Source: a virus. Taken from it: 64,000 nt of DNA. Below the pieces are notes generated by a model. The model saw only the letters and a program-made list of their open reading frames with translations. It was not told where the DNA came from and searched no databases. Location of the stretch: positions 1 through 64,000 of the IMG/VR virus record IMGVR_UViG_3300045988_072028; one strand, written 5' to 3'. Both the position numbers and the translations under genes were made by a program. Positions 55,108 through 63,591 of the stretch are shown here, in pieces (the stretch's first letter is position 1; each line of letters starts with the position of its first letter).

Positions 55108-56046
55108 CTACCTACACTCTATGCCTTTTAGCAAATGGGCTATCACATCCACCGTCCATCCGTTACCTGTTAAAGACATGGCCGTATTCGGGGCTATCCC
55201 ATCAAGGTAATCATCCGGCAATGTCTGTAGCCTACACATCTCCACAGGAGTCAGGTATCTGAACTTATCTTTCAGGTCAAAGGCGTTCAGATATCTTCCG
55301 GGCGGTAATGATGATATCACGTTATCTTTCATGACTGTTGTAAGGCAATTACTTTTCTTAATAGAGGTAGTATTCTTGTCTTTTCTTACTTCCAGACATT
55401 GTATGATTTTCACGTTCTTGTCATAGTCCTTTCGGTGTCCGTTGCTATCTATTCTTCGACCAACGATAGTTGATATATAACGTCCTCTTATGGTCCCAGA
55501 TTTCCATCCTTTATCATTCTCTAAAACATCATCTAACGATATATGTTTGTCTTTCGGCATTTCTACTGGCCAATTACACCAATAAAGACGATGCCGGGTC
55601 TGCGCCGATACCAAGGCGCTATCGATCTCCACCGGCTCTACGCCCAGCTCCTCCGTTATCACTCGGCGATGCTCGTCCCGCATCCGGACGTTCTCGCCCA
55701 GGAACAGGATCTTACCTTTGGTCTCCTTCTTTAAATGCCTTACGATGTCCGAAAAGCAGAAGAAAAGCCTTCCCCTTGCGTCCATAAACCCCTTACCCTT
55801 ACCTGAGCTAGAGAAACTCTGGCAACAAAATCCTCCCATGACCAGATCTATGTCTTTCCAAGGGATATCCCATGTTCTCCAGTTATTGACATCCCCTAAC
55901 TGGATGATATTCGGAAAATGTTTTTGACTTACCTTTATGCATGTCTTGTCTATCTCCGAGGCGTAATAAGCATCTATAGGTATGCCGGCCCTCCGTAACG
56001 CTAGATATCCACATGATATCCCATCAAATAATGATAATATATTCAT
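55108..56046 (-). CDS. dcm: DNA cytosine-5 methyltransferase
   Basis: Motif I LFDGISCG, motif IV GGFCCQSFS, motif VI GENV, motif VIII QTRHRLY, motifs IX/X LTPVEMCRLQTLPDDY and GNGWTVDV. Confidence 0.9.
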   Translation of the reverse strand: MNILSLFDGISCGYLALRRAGIPIDAYYASEIDKTCIKVSQKHFPNIIQLGDVNNWRTWDIPWKDIDLVMGGFCCQSFSSSGKGKGFMDARGRLFFCFSDIVRHLKKETKGKILFLGENVRMRDEHRRVITEELGVEPVEIDSALVSAQTRHRLYWCNWPVEMPKDKHISLDDVLENDKGWKSGTIRGRYISTIVGRRIDSNGHRKDYDKNVKIIQCLEVRKDKNTTSIKKSNCLTTVMKDNVISSLPPGRYLNAFDLKDKFRYLTPVEMCRLQTLPDDYLDGIAPNTAMSLTGNGWTVDVIAHLLKGIECR

Positions 56047-56429
56047 GACCTGAAAATTTCCCTTTCGGCTATCTGCATGATAGATTTATGTATACCCGGC
56101 AAGACATCAACCAATTTAATGCCAAAATTTTCTCCCCTCTTAACGAACGTCCATTTACCATATATGATTCCATGCATCATGTTCTGTATTACTTCCTTAC
56201 TGTCTGTCAAGAATACTTGGTAATAGACACTTTTGGCATAATTAAAATCCTCCCCATGATCATTCGCCGGTCTTAATATCATTACAGCCGAAGAGCATCC
56301 ACGAACGAATCCGTATATCTCAAGGCATTCCTCGAACTCATAATTATCACGATCCTCGTCATGATCATCTTTAACCCACTTACATGGTTTCCCATCTTTA
56401 AATGGGATTCTTAACTGTTTCTTTGTCAT
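56043..56429 (-). CDS. hypothetical protein (128 aa), first gene of the methyltransferase operon
   Basis: ATGA overlap with dcm. Confidence 0.65.
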   Translation of the reverse strand: MTKKQLRIPFKDGKPCKWVKDDHDEDRDNYEFEECLEIYGFVRGCSSAVMILRPANDHGEDFNYAKSVYYQVFLTDSKEVIQNMMHGIIYGKWTFVKRGENFGIKLVDVLPGIHKSIMQIAEREIFRS

Positions 56430-56627
56430 AATTGTTTTTTTTATATTAATTGTGATATTACTCTAATAGCATAGAGCGTCTATTTCAAGACTCCTATATT
56501 TGTCAGTTATATTGATATCAGCCCACATGTTCAATATCCCCTTATCATCCAATTGCATATGGATACAGTCTTTTGTCACCTTCTTTCCGGCTTTAAGAGC
56601 CTCTACGTCTTTATCGGTAATCTTTTT

Positions 56628-56960
56628 TCATGCTTTCGATATTTTATCGTTACAATTAAATTCATCTTTCATCCTGATCTTTATGCCTCCATATGATAAT
56701 TCCTTATGAGCTGTGACAAAATAATCAACCGCATCTTCATCTAATAAACTATGCGGACACCTTTCCCATACAGGACTTTGATCTAGATGATCCCATGTAG
56801 CTACAAGCAACTGATTCTTGTCATTATCAACAGCTATTTTATATGTCCCTATAGTAGTCTTACGTTTAATGATCGCTCCATTTAACATCTGCTTCTTAGC
56901 CCAGCTCCATGAACCTCTCAGCCCAAATGTTCTTATAACCCAGTCATTTATCTTCTTCAT
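56628..56960 (-). CDS. hypothetical protein (110 aa); TGA stop followed by a 54-codon in-frame extension
   Basis: ORF ending ..FNCNDKISKA-TGA. See findings. Confidence 0.65.
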   Translation of the reverse strand: MKKINDWVIRTFGLRGSWSWAKKQMLNGAIIKRKTTIGTYKIAVDNDKNQLLVATWDHLDQSPVWERCPHSLLDEDAVDYFVTAHKELSYGGIKIRMKDEFNCNDKISKA

Positions 56961-56966
56961 TTCAAG

Positions 56967-58112
56967 TTATTTGTTAAAATAGTAATATAAATATAAATAC
57001 ATAAATTGGATAGGGCTATTCACCATACCCTTATCATTAGGCTCGTCATACTTGTCAAGCCAAAGACGAAGCGCTTCCCAATCGATATCCTTATGGTCAC
57101 AGACCATGCAGGCTAGGTTAGCCCCGAACAGATCCCCTCCGCCACGTAAAGACTCGTTAAATCTCTTGGCTAGCCTTTTCTTGAATCCTTTATTGTACCA
57201 AATACCGGAGGTAGCGGCATAACAATAATAAGCGTTGTATTTCATTTTCACACCCATCTTCTCAAATAAAGGCGTATGCCATATCCGGTCAAGGAAGAAT
57301 ACTATTCCACGATAGATAAAGGTTCGGAGATTCTTCCTGTATTTCTTCCCCAAGAAGCTATCTACGCAAGATATAGTTCCGCCTGAATAGTACCAGTTAT
57401 TGGCGCCTCTCTTAACCTTATCCGTCATCTTGAACTTATTTTCCCTATCCTCTACCCTATCCCAAGGCTTTAATTTATCCTCGTTAAATGTTGGACAATA
57501 ATGATAGTAATGATTGATCCATGAAAGGTATGGGTTGTATATCGTGTATCCATTATCGCTGACATATGAGTTTATATCATATCCAAGTTCTTTGGCTAGA
57601 ATAGACCCTTCATCAGCTAATACCTTCAATATCGGGTTCAAGTTCCATATCTGGTCTTGGCTGACGAACATCGAATAACAAGGATCCTCATCCTCGCCAT
57701 ACCATCCTCCCATCCCGCTCACTATTTTATCCAAATCAAGTGAATAATCTTTCCCGGATAAAAAATCATCTCTAAGAAAAAAACCTCTATATGGGATCAT
57801 GTCATATACACCCGGTTGATCCTCAAACATATGTTTAGCGTTCTCGGTCAATCTGATCAATGTTTGCAAGGCAGAAGATATATCTATGGGCGCATATTCA
57901 CACCCATAGACCTTATTATTTATCCAAAGATATTGAAGAAGCTCGGCTATATTAATAGTCCCGTCCTCCACATATCCTGTCTTGTTATCGAAGTTTATTT
58001 TGGCTAGAGGTATATTACTTCCTTGTGGTTGGTCACTTTTTTCATTACAACAATGCACGAACCTGTCAAAGAATATATCTTTCCAACCAAAATATTTATC
58101 CCTTATCGTCAT
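56967..58112 (-). CDS. hypothetical protein (381 aa from ATG 58112)
   Basis: The internal Met (MTIRDKYFGW) at 58112 lies 4 nt downstream of the upstream stop. The longer form would overlap the upstream gene by 92 nt. Confidence 0.7.
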   Translation of the reverse strand: MTIRDKYFGWKDIFFDRFVHCCNEKSDQPQGSNIPLAKINFDNKTGYVEDGTINIAELLQYLWINNKVYGCEYAPIDISSALQTLIRLTENAKHMFEDQPGVYDMIPYRGFFLRDDFLSGKDYSLDLDKIVSGMGGWYGEDEDPCYSMFVSQDQIWNLNPILKVLADEGSILAKELGYDINSYVSDNGYTIYNPYLSWINHYYHYCPTFNEDKLKPWDRVEDRENKFKMTDKVKRGANNWYYSGGTISCVDSFLGKKYRKNLRTFIYRGIVFFLDRIWHTPLFEKMGVKMKYNAYYCYAATSGIWYNKGFKKRLAKRFNESLRGGGDLFGANLACMVCDHKDIDWEALRLWLDKYDEPNDKGMVNSPIQFMYLYLYYYFNK

Positions 58113-58116
58113 AAGC

Positions 58117-58392
58117 CTATTTCTTGTCGTATAACGACATGACGTTAATAAGATCAGCTTTTCTGGCCATCCCTTCAAGTTTATTAAAGCCATCCATGTT
58201 ATCTCCACTGACGATGATAGTAGGATATACCTCTATACCGTACTTGGATATCTCCTCCTCCGCGGCCTTGTTCTCCGGAATCTGGTTTAACGTGACCTCA
58301 CCCTCATACTCCTGTAATGTGTTGGCGATAATATATCGCATGTAATCGCTGTACTCAGCGTCTTTCTTCGTGAAAAAATCAATTCTTACCAT
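58117..58392 (-). CDS. thioredoxin/glutaredoxin-fold-like protein lacking CxxC (tentative)
   Basis: YGIEVYPTIIVSGD resembles the Trx-fold cis-Pro region. There are no redox cysteines. Confidence 0.55.
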   Translation of the reverse strand: MVRIDFFTKKDAEYSDYMRYIIANTLQEYEGEVTLNQIPENKAAEEEISKYGIEVYPTIIVSGDNMDGFNKLEGMARKADLINVMSLYDKK

Positions 58393-58394
58393 TT

Positions 58395-58724
58395 TTAAAT
58401 AGTTTTTAATCTGTTAATAATTAAATCAGCAGTAAATATAGCATTATCTACCTCATCTATACACATCTTCCTTCCATCGAAATCGTTAGATAATAAATCC
58501 TTAACAATCTGATATCTACGATGCTCCCAATTTATGTCTATATCAAAATTCAGATACCTTACATAATCATAATTCAATTCATCATAACTATAATTGAGAT
58601 ACTTAACTATCGGAAATGGAGTATCATTATAAATAGTGCGCTTGATTAAATCAACGTATTTACCGGTTTTTTTATTGATAGCTCTTAATCTCTCATCTAC
58701 TACTCTTTCTCCTGACTCTTCCAT
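58395..58724 (-). CDS. hypothetical protein (109 aa)
   Basis: Packed ORF. Confidence 0.6.
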   Translation of the reverse strand: MEESGERVVDERLRAINKKTGKYVDLIKRTIYNDTPFPIVKYLNYSYDELNYDYVRYLNFDIDINWEHRRYQIVKDLLSNDFDGRKMCIDEVDNAIFTADLIINRLKTI

Positions 58725-59308
58725 TCTATAAGCCCTTTGTTATGTTTATCGTAATATAATAATGCTATAGCGTTCCAGCATACGGCGGATAGATGCATGA
58801 ATCCCTCCTTATCATATCTCTCCCCTTTCGTATAAGCGACCAAGTGTCTCATGAGTGCACCTAGATAACGATTGAACCCATCAGGTATATCTTGCCATGA
58901 GTTATCAGCATACTTCTTGGCACCTTCTGTATATACCCTCACGATGTCTTCTATCTCAGCCAAAGGAAGGAGATCCCACCGGAGTTTGCCGTCGGCCCGG
59001 TCGTTCTTCCCGCTGCCGTCCTTCCCGACGAACGGTGCGTCTGTCGCTTCCCACTCATTGGTATTACATAGACCCTCGCCGATAGAGCTATAATCCGTAA
59101 GCTTATCGACCGTTTCCTCATCAATAATCCTTAATTTAATAGCCCTGTTTAATGATACAACCATTTCCTCGTCAGCCCAAGCATATTCATATGATGCTTT
59201 AAATAATGGGCCTAATTTCATCATTCCTGTACGATCGGCGGTTTCAAGTACCTCAAATACCTCACCGTCATAAACAACCTTTTCGTATTTACCAAATTCC
59301 TCTTTCAT
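58700..59308 (-). CDS. DUF5664 / dATP-dGTP diphosphohydrolase-N-like domain protein (tentative)
   Basis: KLRWDLLPLAEIEDIVRVYTEGAKKYADNSWQ...ALMRHLVAY..GERYDKEGFMHLSAVCWNAIALL matches the pattern I recall for this phage family. Confidence 0.65.
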   Translation of the reverse strand: MKEEFGKYEKVVYDGEVFEVLETADRTGMMKLGPLFKASYEYAWADEEMVVSLNRAIKLRIIDEETVDKLTDYSSIGEGLCNTNEWEATDAPFVGKDGSGKNDRADGKLRWDLLPLAEIEDIVRVYTEGAKKYADNSWQDIPDGFNRYLGALMRHLVAYTKGERYDKEGFMHLSAVCWNAIALLYYDKHNKGLIEWKSQEKE

Positions 59309-59309
59309 T

Positions 59310-59615
59310 TTAAATTTCTTTTTGTTTTATTATTATTACTGGATCATCATTAAAAGGAGACAGTATTCCAATATGCAGCAATATGCTTCGCTCATCCCCA
59401 TCATTCTTTTCTGCTTTAAAGCCATTGATAACACATTTGTCACTAGATATAATAAAACCGCTTGTATCAGGATTATTTTCAATTGTAACCCATCCCTTTT
59501 TAACTGATTCATGATTCCTTAGTTTATCAGCATCATCTTTCGTTAACCAATATTCCTCAAAAACAGTATCCGGATATTTGGTCTTTATTTCCTCGTAAGT
59601 ATCATACCATGTCAT
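59310..59615 (-). CDS. hypothetical protein (101 aa from ATG 59615; longer form from 59672 possible)
   Basis: ATG 59615 avoids a 41-nt overlap with the upstream gene. Confidence 0.55.
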   Translation of the reverse strand: MTWYDTYEEIKTKYPDTVFEEYWLTKDDADKLRNHESVKKGWVTIENNPDTSGFIISSDKCVINGFKAEKNDGDERSILLHIGILSPFNDDPVIIIKQKEI

Positions 59616-59631
59616 ATTTTCATGTTTTAGA

Positions 59632-59853
59632 TTAATAAAATTCGCTAAGATCCCTACATTCCGGTGTCTCACCTGTTATGGAATAAAGCTCACCAGATGA
59701 TAGATATACGCAATGCGATGTCTTCCCGTCCCTCCACTTGCTTTGCTTCGTAATCCCGCAAATAGCGCAGCGTTGGATCCCCGGCCCTGCCTTTACCCAC
59801 GAGTGTCGTACGTTTTTCTTTCTCGTCCTGTTGGTGTTGTCAAGTTTCCTCAT
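59632..59853 (-). CDS. hypothetical protein (73 aa), basic, Cys-containing
   Basis: Packed ORF with CAICG..HC motif. Confidence 0.5.
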   Translation of the reverse strand: MRKLDNTNRTRKKNVRHSWVKAGPGIQRCAICGITKQSKWRDGKTSHCVYLSSGELYSITGETPECRDLSEFY

Positions 59854-59854
59854 A

Positions 59855-60208
59855 TTAATCCTCCAAAGTCATTATAATCTTATCTTTCCCGATAATAACC
59901 TCATTCCCGCTCCTTACATCAAAGCATTTCCCTTCATCTGCCTCCTTGAAATAAAGAGCACCATTGTACTCGAACAAACCGAAGCCGTAATCGTCTAGCT
60001 TCATTTCGTTAAGTCTCTTGAATTTGTATATTTTCCCCATATTTTCTGTATTTTTTATATTTTGTATTACTAAACACATCAAAAAGATAGATAAGATCGT
60101 TGCTATTATCCCTCCATAAAATTTAGTCGAATCATTCTTTTCATTTCCTTCTACTATCAAATAGATAGAACACGCCATTATTATAAAGGTAGATCCTAAT
60201 TCAATCAT
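59855..60208 (-). CDS. membrane protein (117 aa, two N-terminal TM segments)
   Basis: STFIIMACSIYLIV and GGIIATILSIFLMCLVI. ATGA overlap with the upstream gene. Confidence 0.6.
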   Translation of the reverse strand: MIELGSTFIIMACSIYLIVEGNEKNDSTKFYGGIIATILSIFLMCLVIQNIKNTENMGKIYKFKRLNEMKLDDYGFGLFEYNGALYFKEADEGKCFDVRSGNEVIIGKDKIIMTLED

Positions 60209-61074
60209 AACATTTTCCTTGTTTTCAAAAACTCCATCATATCCTCTGCGCTAAGCTGGAAGCCTGCCGCCGCCTTATGACCTCCTCCCCCGGGATAGGC
60301 TTTATGTGCCAGCGCCGAGACATCCACCTCCTCTTTGGTGGTATAGAATGAACATCTAAAGAATCTTCCGTTCCAGCAAAATGGCATCATCAGATCATGT
60401 CTCTTAGGGTTATACATAGATTCAAATGTAGTAGAGTTAAACTCCGTGGTATTCATACATATAGCCTTGTACCCAAATACATCAGCCTCGAATGAGAACA
60501 TATTCATCTCCCCTCTGTTTTTCTCTACTATATACTCTATTATAGCCTCCCCGTTATTTATCATATCATTCACTAAGTTGTTATCGGCTTTATCTAGTAC
60601 ATCCTTAACAATGTCTACATCAAGACCGCAATATCCCCTCATCCCGTACTGGAACGCCATGACATCACTCCACTCGAACCGGTCGTGATCCCATACATCA
60701 TAAGCACTCAATAATTCTACCACATTAGGGGTTTCGATATCATCGAAAAGATATTCCCACGTAAGCTCACAGGCCGCCGTCCCTATACGCCTCTTGCCCT
60801 TTACCTCGTAATCCCTCATATCGTCTATGGCTGTCTTATGATGGTCTATCCATATGACATCTGTACCTTTATCCTTCCACTCATCGAAAAGGAATCTTGT
60901 TCTGTTTCCAAATGACACGTCAACTACAAATACCTTATCATATTTATTCACGTTAGGTATTTCCTTGCCGTAATTGTAAGGAAGAAGATCAATGTCCCCT
61001 TTGAAATACTTTTTTACTATAGCCGCTGACATTACTCCGTCAAGATCAGCCTCATGATATATACACCCAATCAT
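60205..61074 (-). CDS. DHH/DHHA1-family phosphoesterase (NrnA/RecJ-like core)
   Basis: DLDG (motif I), VVDVS, WIDHHKT (DHH), GGGHKAAAGF (DHHA1). Confidence 0.8.
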   Translation of the reverse strand: MIGCIYHEADLDGVMSAAIVKKYFKGDIDLLPYNYGKEIPNVNKYDKVFVVDVSFGNRTRFLFDEWKDKGTDVIWIDHHKTAIDDMRDYEVKGKRRIGTAACELTWEYLFDDIETPNVVELLSAYDVWDHDRFEWSDVMAFQYGMRGYCGLDVDIVKDVLDKADNNLVNDMINNGEAIIEYIVEKNRGEMNMFSFEADVFGYKAICMNTTEFNSTTFESMYNPKRHDLMMPFCWNGRFFRCSFYTTKEEVDVSALAHKAYPGGGGHKAAAGFQLSAEDMMEFLKTRKML

Positions 61075-61313
61075 AATAATTTTTTTATTTGTTTCAATTC
61101 ATATTCTATCACATTGATACGACCCATGATAATATCTTTATCATCGTCATTATCATGATCACCATCTTCCTTCTTAGATAAGATATTATCTATTTGGGCT
61201 GACGCTAATACCATCATCATGCAATGATTTGATTTAATTTTTTGTGATATATGTACGCCATTTATAGCGATTTGGACACAAATATCTTTTATCTCATCTA
61301 TACTCATATTCAT
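61071..61313 (-). CDS. hypothetical protein (80 aa)
   Basis: ATGA overlaps on both sides. Confidence 0.6.
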   Translation of the reverse strand: MNMSIDEIKDICVQIAINGVHISQKIKSNHCMMMVLASAQIDNILSKKEDGDHDNDDDKDIIMGRINVIEYELKQIKKLL

Positions 61314-62770
61314 AATCTATTGTTTTTAATTAAAAAATCTATGTATTCTTTTATCTCCCTGTTTCGATCATTACTCCAGTCAAAGGTCTCGTTTATGAAT
61401 TTGAAATACGATACTGGAATCGAATGAAACATCCATCCACAATACTTGCCGAATGTCATCACCGTAGATCCAAGGGGATGATCCGGCCTTCCGGGAACAG
61501 GGGCGGCGGTTACGCCCTGCGCCAGCCCCCTCCTACGATCTTTCTTGGCGGCTTTGATATCCAGATCTGTTTTCGTTACCTTATCCCCCATCGGGATATT
61601 AGTTATTAGCTTATCGCCGATAAACATTCCCCATCCATACCCCTTGTAGTTCTCTATACTAAGTTTCCTTATATCACCGAACCTTGACGAGTTGTTACAA
61701 CAATCAACGACCAAAGCACTATCCTTTCCGTCTTTTATACGGACTGCCCTTCCAAGCCACTGATAAAACGACGAGAACGAGAATGTCGGCCTTCCTACTA
61801 TCACGCAATCCAGACCCGGATGATCGAATCCCGTACCGAGGGCGGAATAGTTGAACACTACCTTCGTCTTACCTGACTTGAACCCCTCGACTATAGCCTC
61901 CCGCTGTTTCTTTGGCGTGCCTCCGTGAACCACTTCCGCCATGCCAGCGCATATCTTTGCGTTCATCCATTCGGCGGCGGTATTGCAGCTCTCAACAGAA
62001 TCCATAAACACCAGTATAGATCTGCATACGTCTTTTAATACCATCAACCGACGTAAAATAAGGTTGTTTAAGCCGTTTTTTCTCACCGCCTCACTAATAG
62101 ACTCGGCCGTATATTCGGAGCCGTTAGAATTAAGTTTAAGGGCATCTCCATTGAAATCCCATGTCTCATATTTAAGAGGTGTCCAAAATCCTTGCCTTAT
62201 CATCTCCTCTACCTGTATCACGTGAATCAGGTTTTTGAAATATACCGGTCTCATACGAGTGATGAAATTAAGTTGGGAATATGATGTCTGTCCTATCGAC
62301 ATGTTTTTAAGTCTACATGGCGTGGCTGTAAACCCTATCACCTTTCTCGGCTTCAGCTCATTCATGAATGTCATGAACTCACTGCCGTCTTCAGGACTGT
62401 ATCCGGCATGAGCCTCATCTATCAACACGTTCCTGATCCCCATCTCCTTAAGCTGACCAACAACCTTCTTGATAGACCCTAACGTGGCGTATATCATGTT
62501 AGATAGCTCTTTCTTGCCACAGGAGGCGGAGTAGATGGTCGCCGGTATGCCATATGATGTAAGCTTGCAGTAGTTTTGTATTAGTAATTCGCGAGACGGC
62601 TGGAGAACCAGCGTCTTATCTCCCATCAATCTAGCCGCTTCTGCTATGAGGATCGATTTACCGCAACCTACCGGTCCGATGACTAACACTGGATCATGTC
62701 TATCAGAGTTTATGTAATCGGAGATACTTTTAACACACTCCTCTTGATATGGTCTTAGTCTGTATATCAT
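61310..62770 (-). CDS. SF2 DEAH-box helicase with C-terminal DUF3820-like tail
   Basis: Walker A GPVGCGKS, DEAH (LIDEAHAGY), motif III FTATP, and helicase C-domain motifs FNYSALGTGFD and GRAVR. C-terminal FGKYCGWMFHSIPVSYFKF. Confidence 0.85.
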   Translation of the reverse strand: MIYRLRPYQEECVKSISDYINSDRHDPVLVIGPVGCGKSILIAEAARLMGDKTLVLQPSRELLIQNYCKLTSYGIPATIYSASCGKKELSNMIYATLGSIKKVVGQLKEMGIRNVLIDEAHAGYSPEDGSEFMTFMNELKPRKVIGFTATPCRLKNMSIGQTSYSQLNFITRMRPVYFKNLIHVIQVEEMIRQGFWTPLKYETWDFNGDALKLNSNGSEYTAESISEAVRKNGLNNLILRRLMVLKDVCRSILVFMDSVESCNTAAEWMNAKICAGMAEVVHGGTPKKQREAIVEGFKSGKTKVVFNYSALGTGFDHPGLDCVIVGRPTFSFSSFYQWLGRAVRIKDGKDSALVVDCCNNSSRFGDIRKLSIENYKGYGWGMFIGDKLITNIPMGDKVTKTDLDIKAAKKDRRRGLAQGVTAAPVPGRPDHPLGSTVMTFGKYCGWMFHSIPVSYFKFINETFDWSNDRNREIKEYIDFLIKNNRL

Positions 62771-62949
62771 TTGGATCTGTAGTTATCAAAAACGTCTTTC
62801 ACGTACTCTAATCTTATCGCACACTCCCGACCATCGTCCATTTTCACCATCAAAGTCTCTTTGGTCTTGCTTATGGCTATCACTTCTCCTGTTCCTATCT
62901 GGGTATGGACTATATCGCCTAGCTTTATATTACATTTGATCATGGTCAA
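62767..62949 (-). CDS. hypothetical small protein (60 aa), SH3/KOW-like appearance
   Basis: ATGA overlap with the helicase gene. Confidence 0.55.
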   Translation of the reverse strand: MTMIKCNIKLGDIVHTQIGTGEVIAISKTKETLMVKMDDGRECAIRLEYVKDVFDNYRSK

Positions 62950-63526
62950 GTTTTTTATTAAATTCCTCTATCTTGCTCCTGTCTGTCTCTTTGGTCATCT
63001 TAGCCTCTTCCTTGAACATGTCATACCCTTCCCGGATATTATCCCCAACCATATTCTCTATCATCTCCCTCATCTCATCGCTTCTTACGGCGAAAGATAT
63101 TTGGAACGATTTACTTGTGCCTTTCATCAGGTAATCAATCTCCTTCTTGCATTCTGTCATCAATCTATCCAGATTATCGAACTTAACGAACTTAGAGTTG
63201 CCATTGGCTTTCCTTACCCCATCCTTAAAATCCTCCAATATCCCGTTAAATACATCCGCCATGCACATCATGGAATGTAGCCATACCAGCATATTGAATT
63301 TATATTCATTATCAGCGTTATTCATCAAACTCACCAAAGACTCGCTTTTTGTCAACATGATCTTCGATTCCCGGTCTACGATATCCTTTATCTCCTGCCG
63401 GCATTTCATGGCACCAACGAAATCCATCCTAGAGTAACATTCGTTTGATTTCTCTACCAATTTCTTGATATCCTTTCTAGACATCAAAAGATCCAATATC
63501 TGTTTTTCTCTTTCGCTTTTATCCAT
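62930..63526 (-). CDS. hypothetical protein (198 aa)
   Basis: ORF behind its own promoter box. Confidence 0.65.
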   Translation of the reverse strand: MDKSEREKQILDLLMSRKDIKKLVEKSNECYSRMDFVGAMKCRQEIKDIVDRESKIMLTKSESLVSLMNNADNEYKFNMLVWLHSMMCMADVFNGILEDFKDGVRKANGNSKFVKFDNLDRLMTECKKEIDYLMKGTSKSFQISFAVRSDEMREMIENMVGDNIREGYDMFKEEAKMTKETDRSKIEEFNKKLDHDQM

Positions 63527-63545
63527 AACCAGTTATTTATTGATA

Positions 63546-63553
63546 CAAATATA
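63546..63553 (-). promoter_or_regulatory. -7 box TATATTTG on the minus strand
   Basis: The plus strand reads caaatata. The box is 19 nt upstream of ATG 63526. Confidence 0.5.
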
Positions 63554-63556
63554 ATT

Positions 63557-63582
63557 AAAGCCTAGATATTTACCTAGGCTTT
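63557..63582. terminator. terminator hairpin between minus-strand genes
   Basis: 9-bp stem aaagcctag/ctaggcttt with an 8-nt loop, flanked by A/T runs. Confidence 0.65.
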
Positions 63583-63591
63583 TTAATAAAG

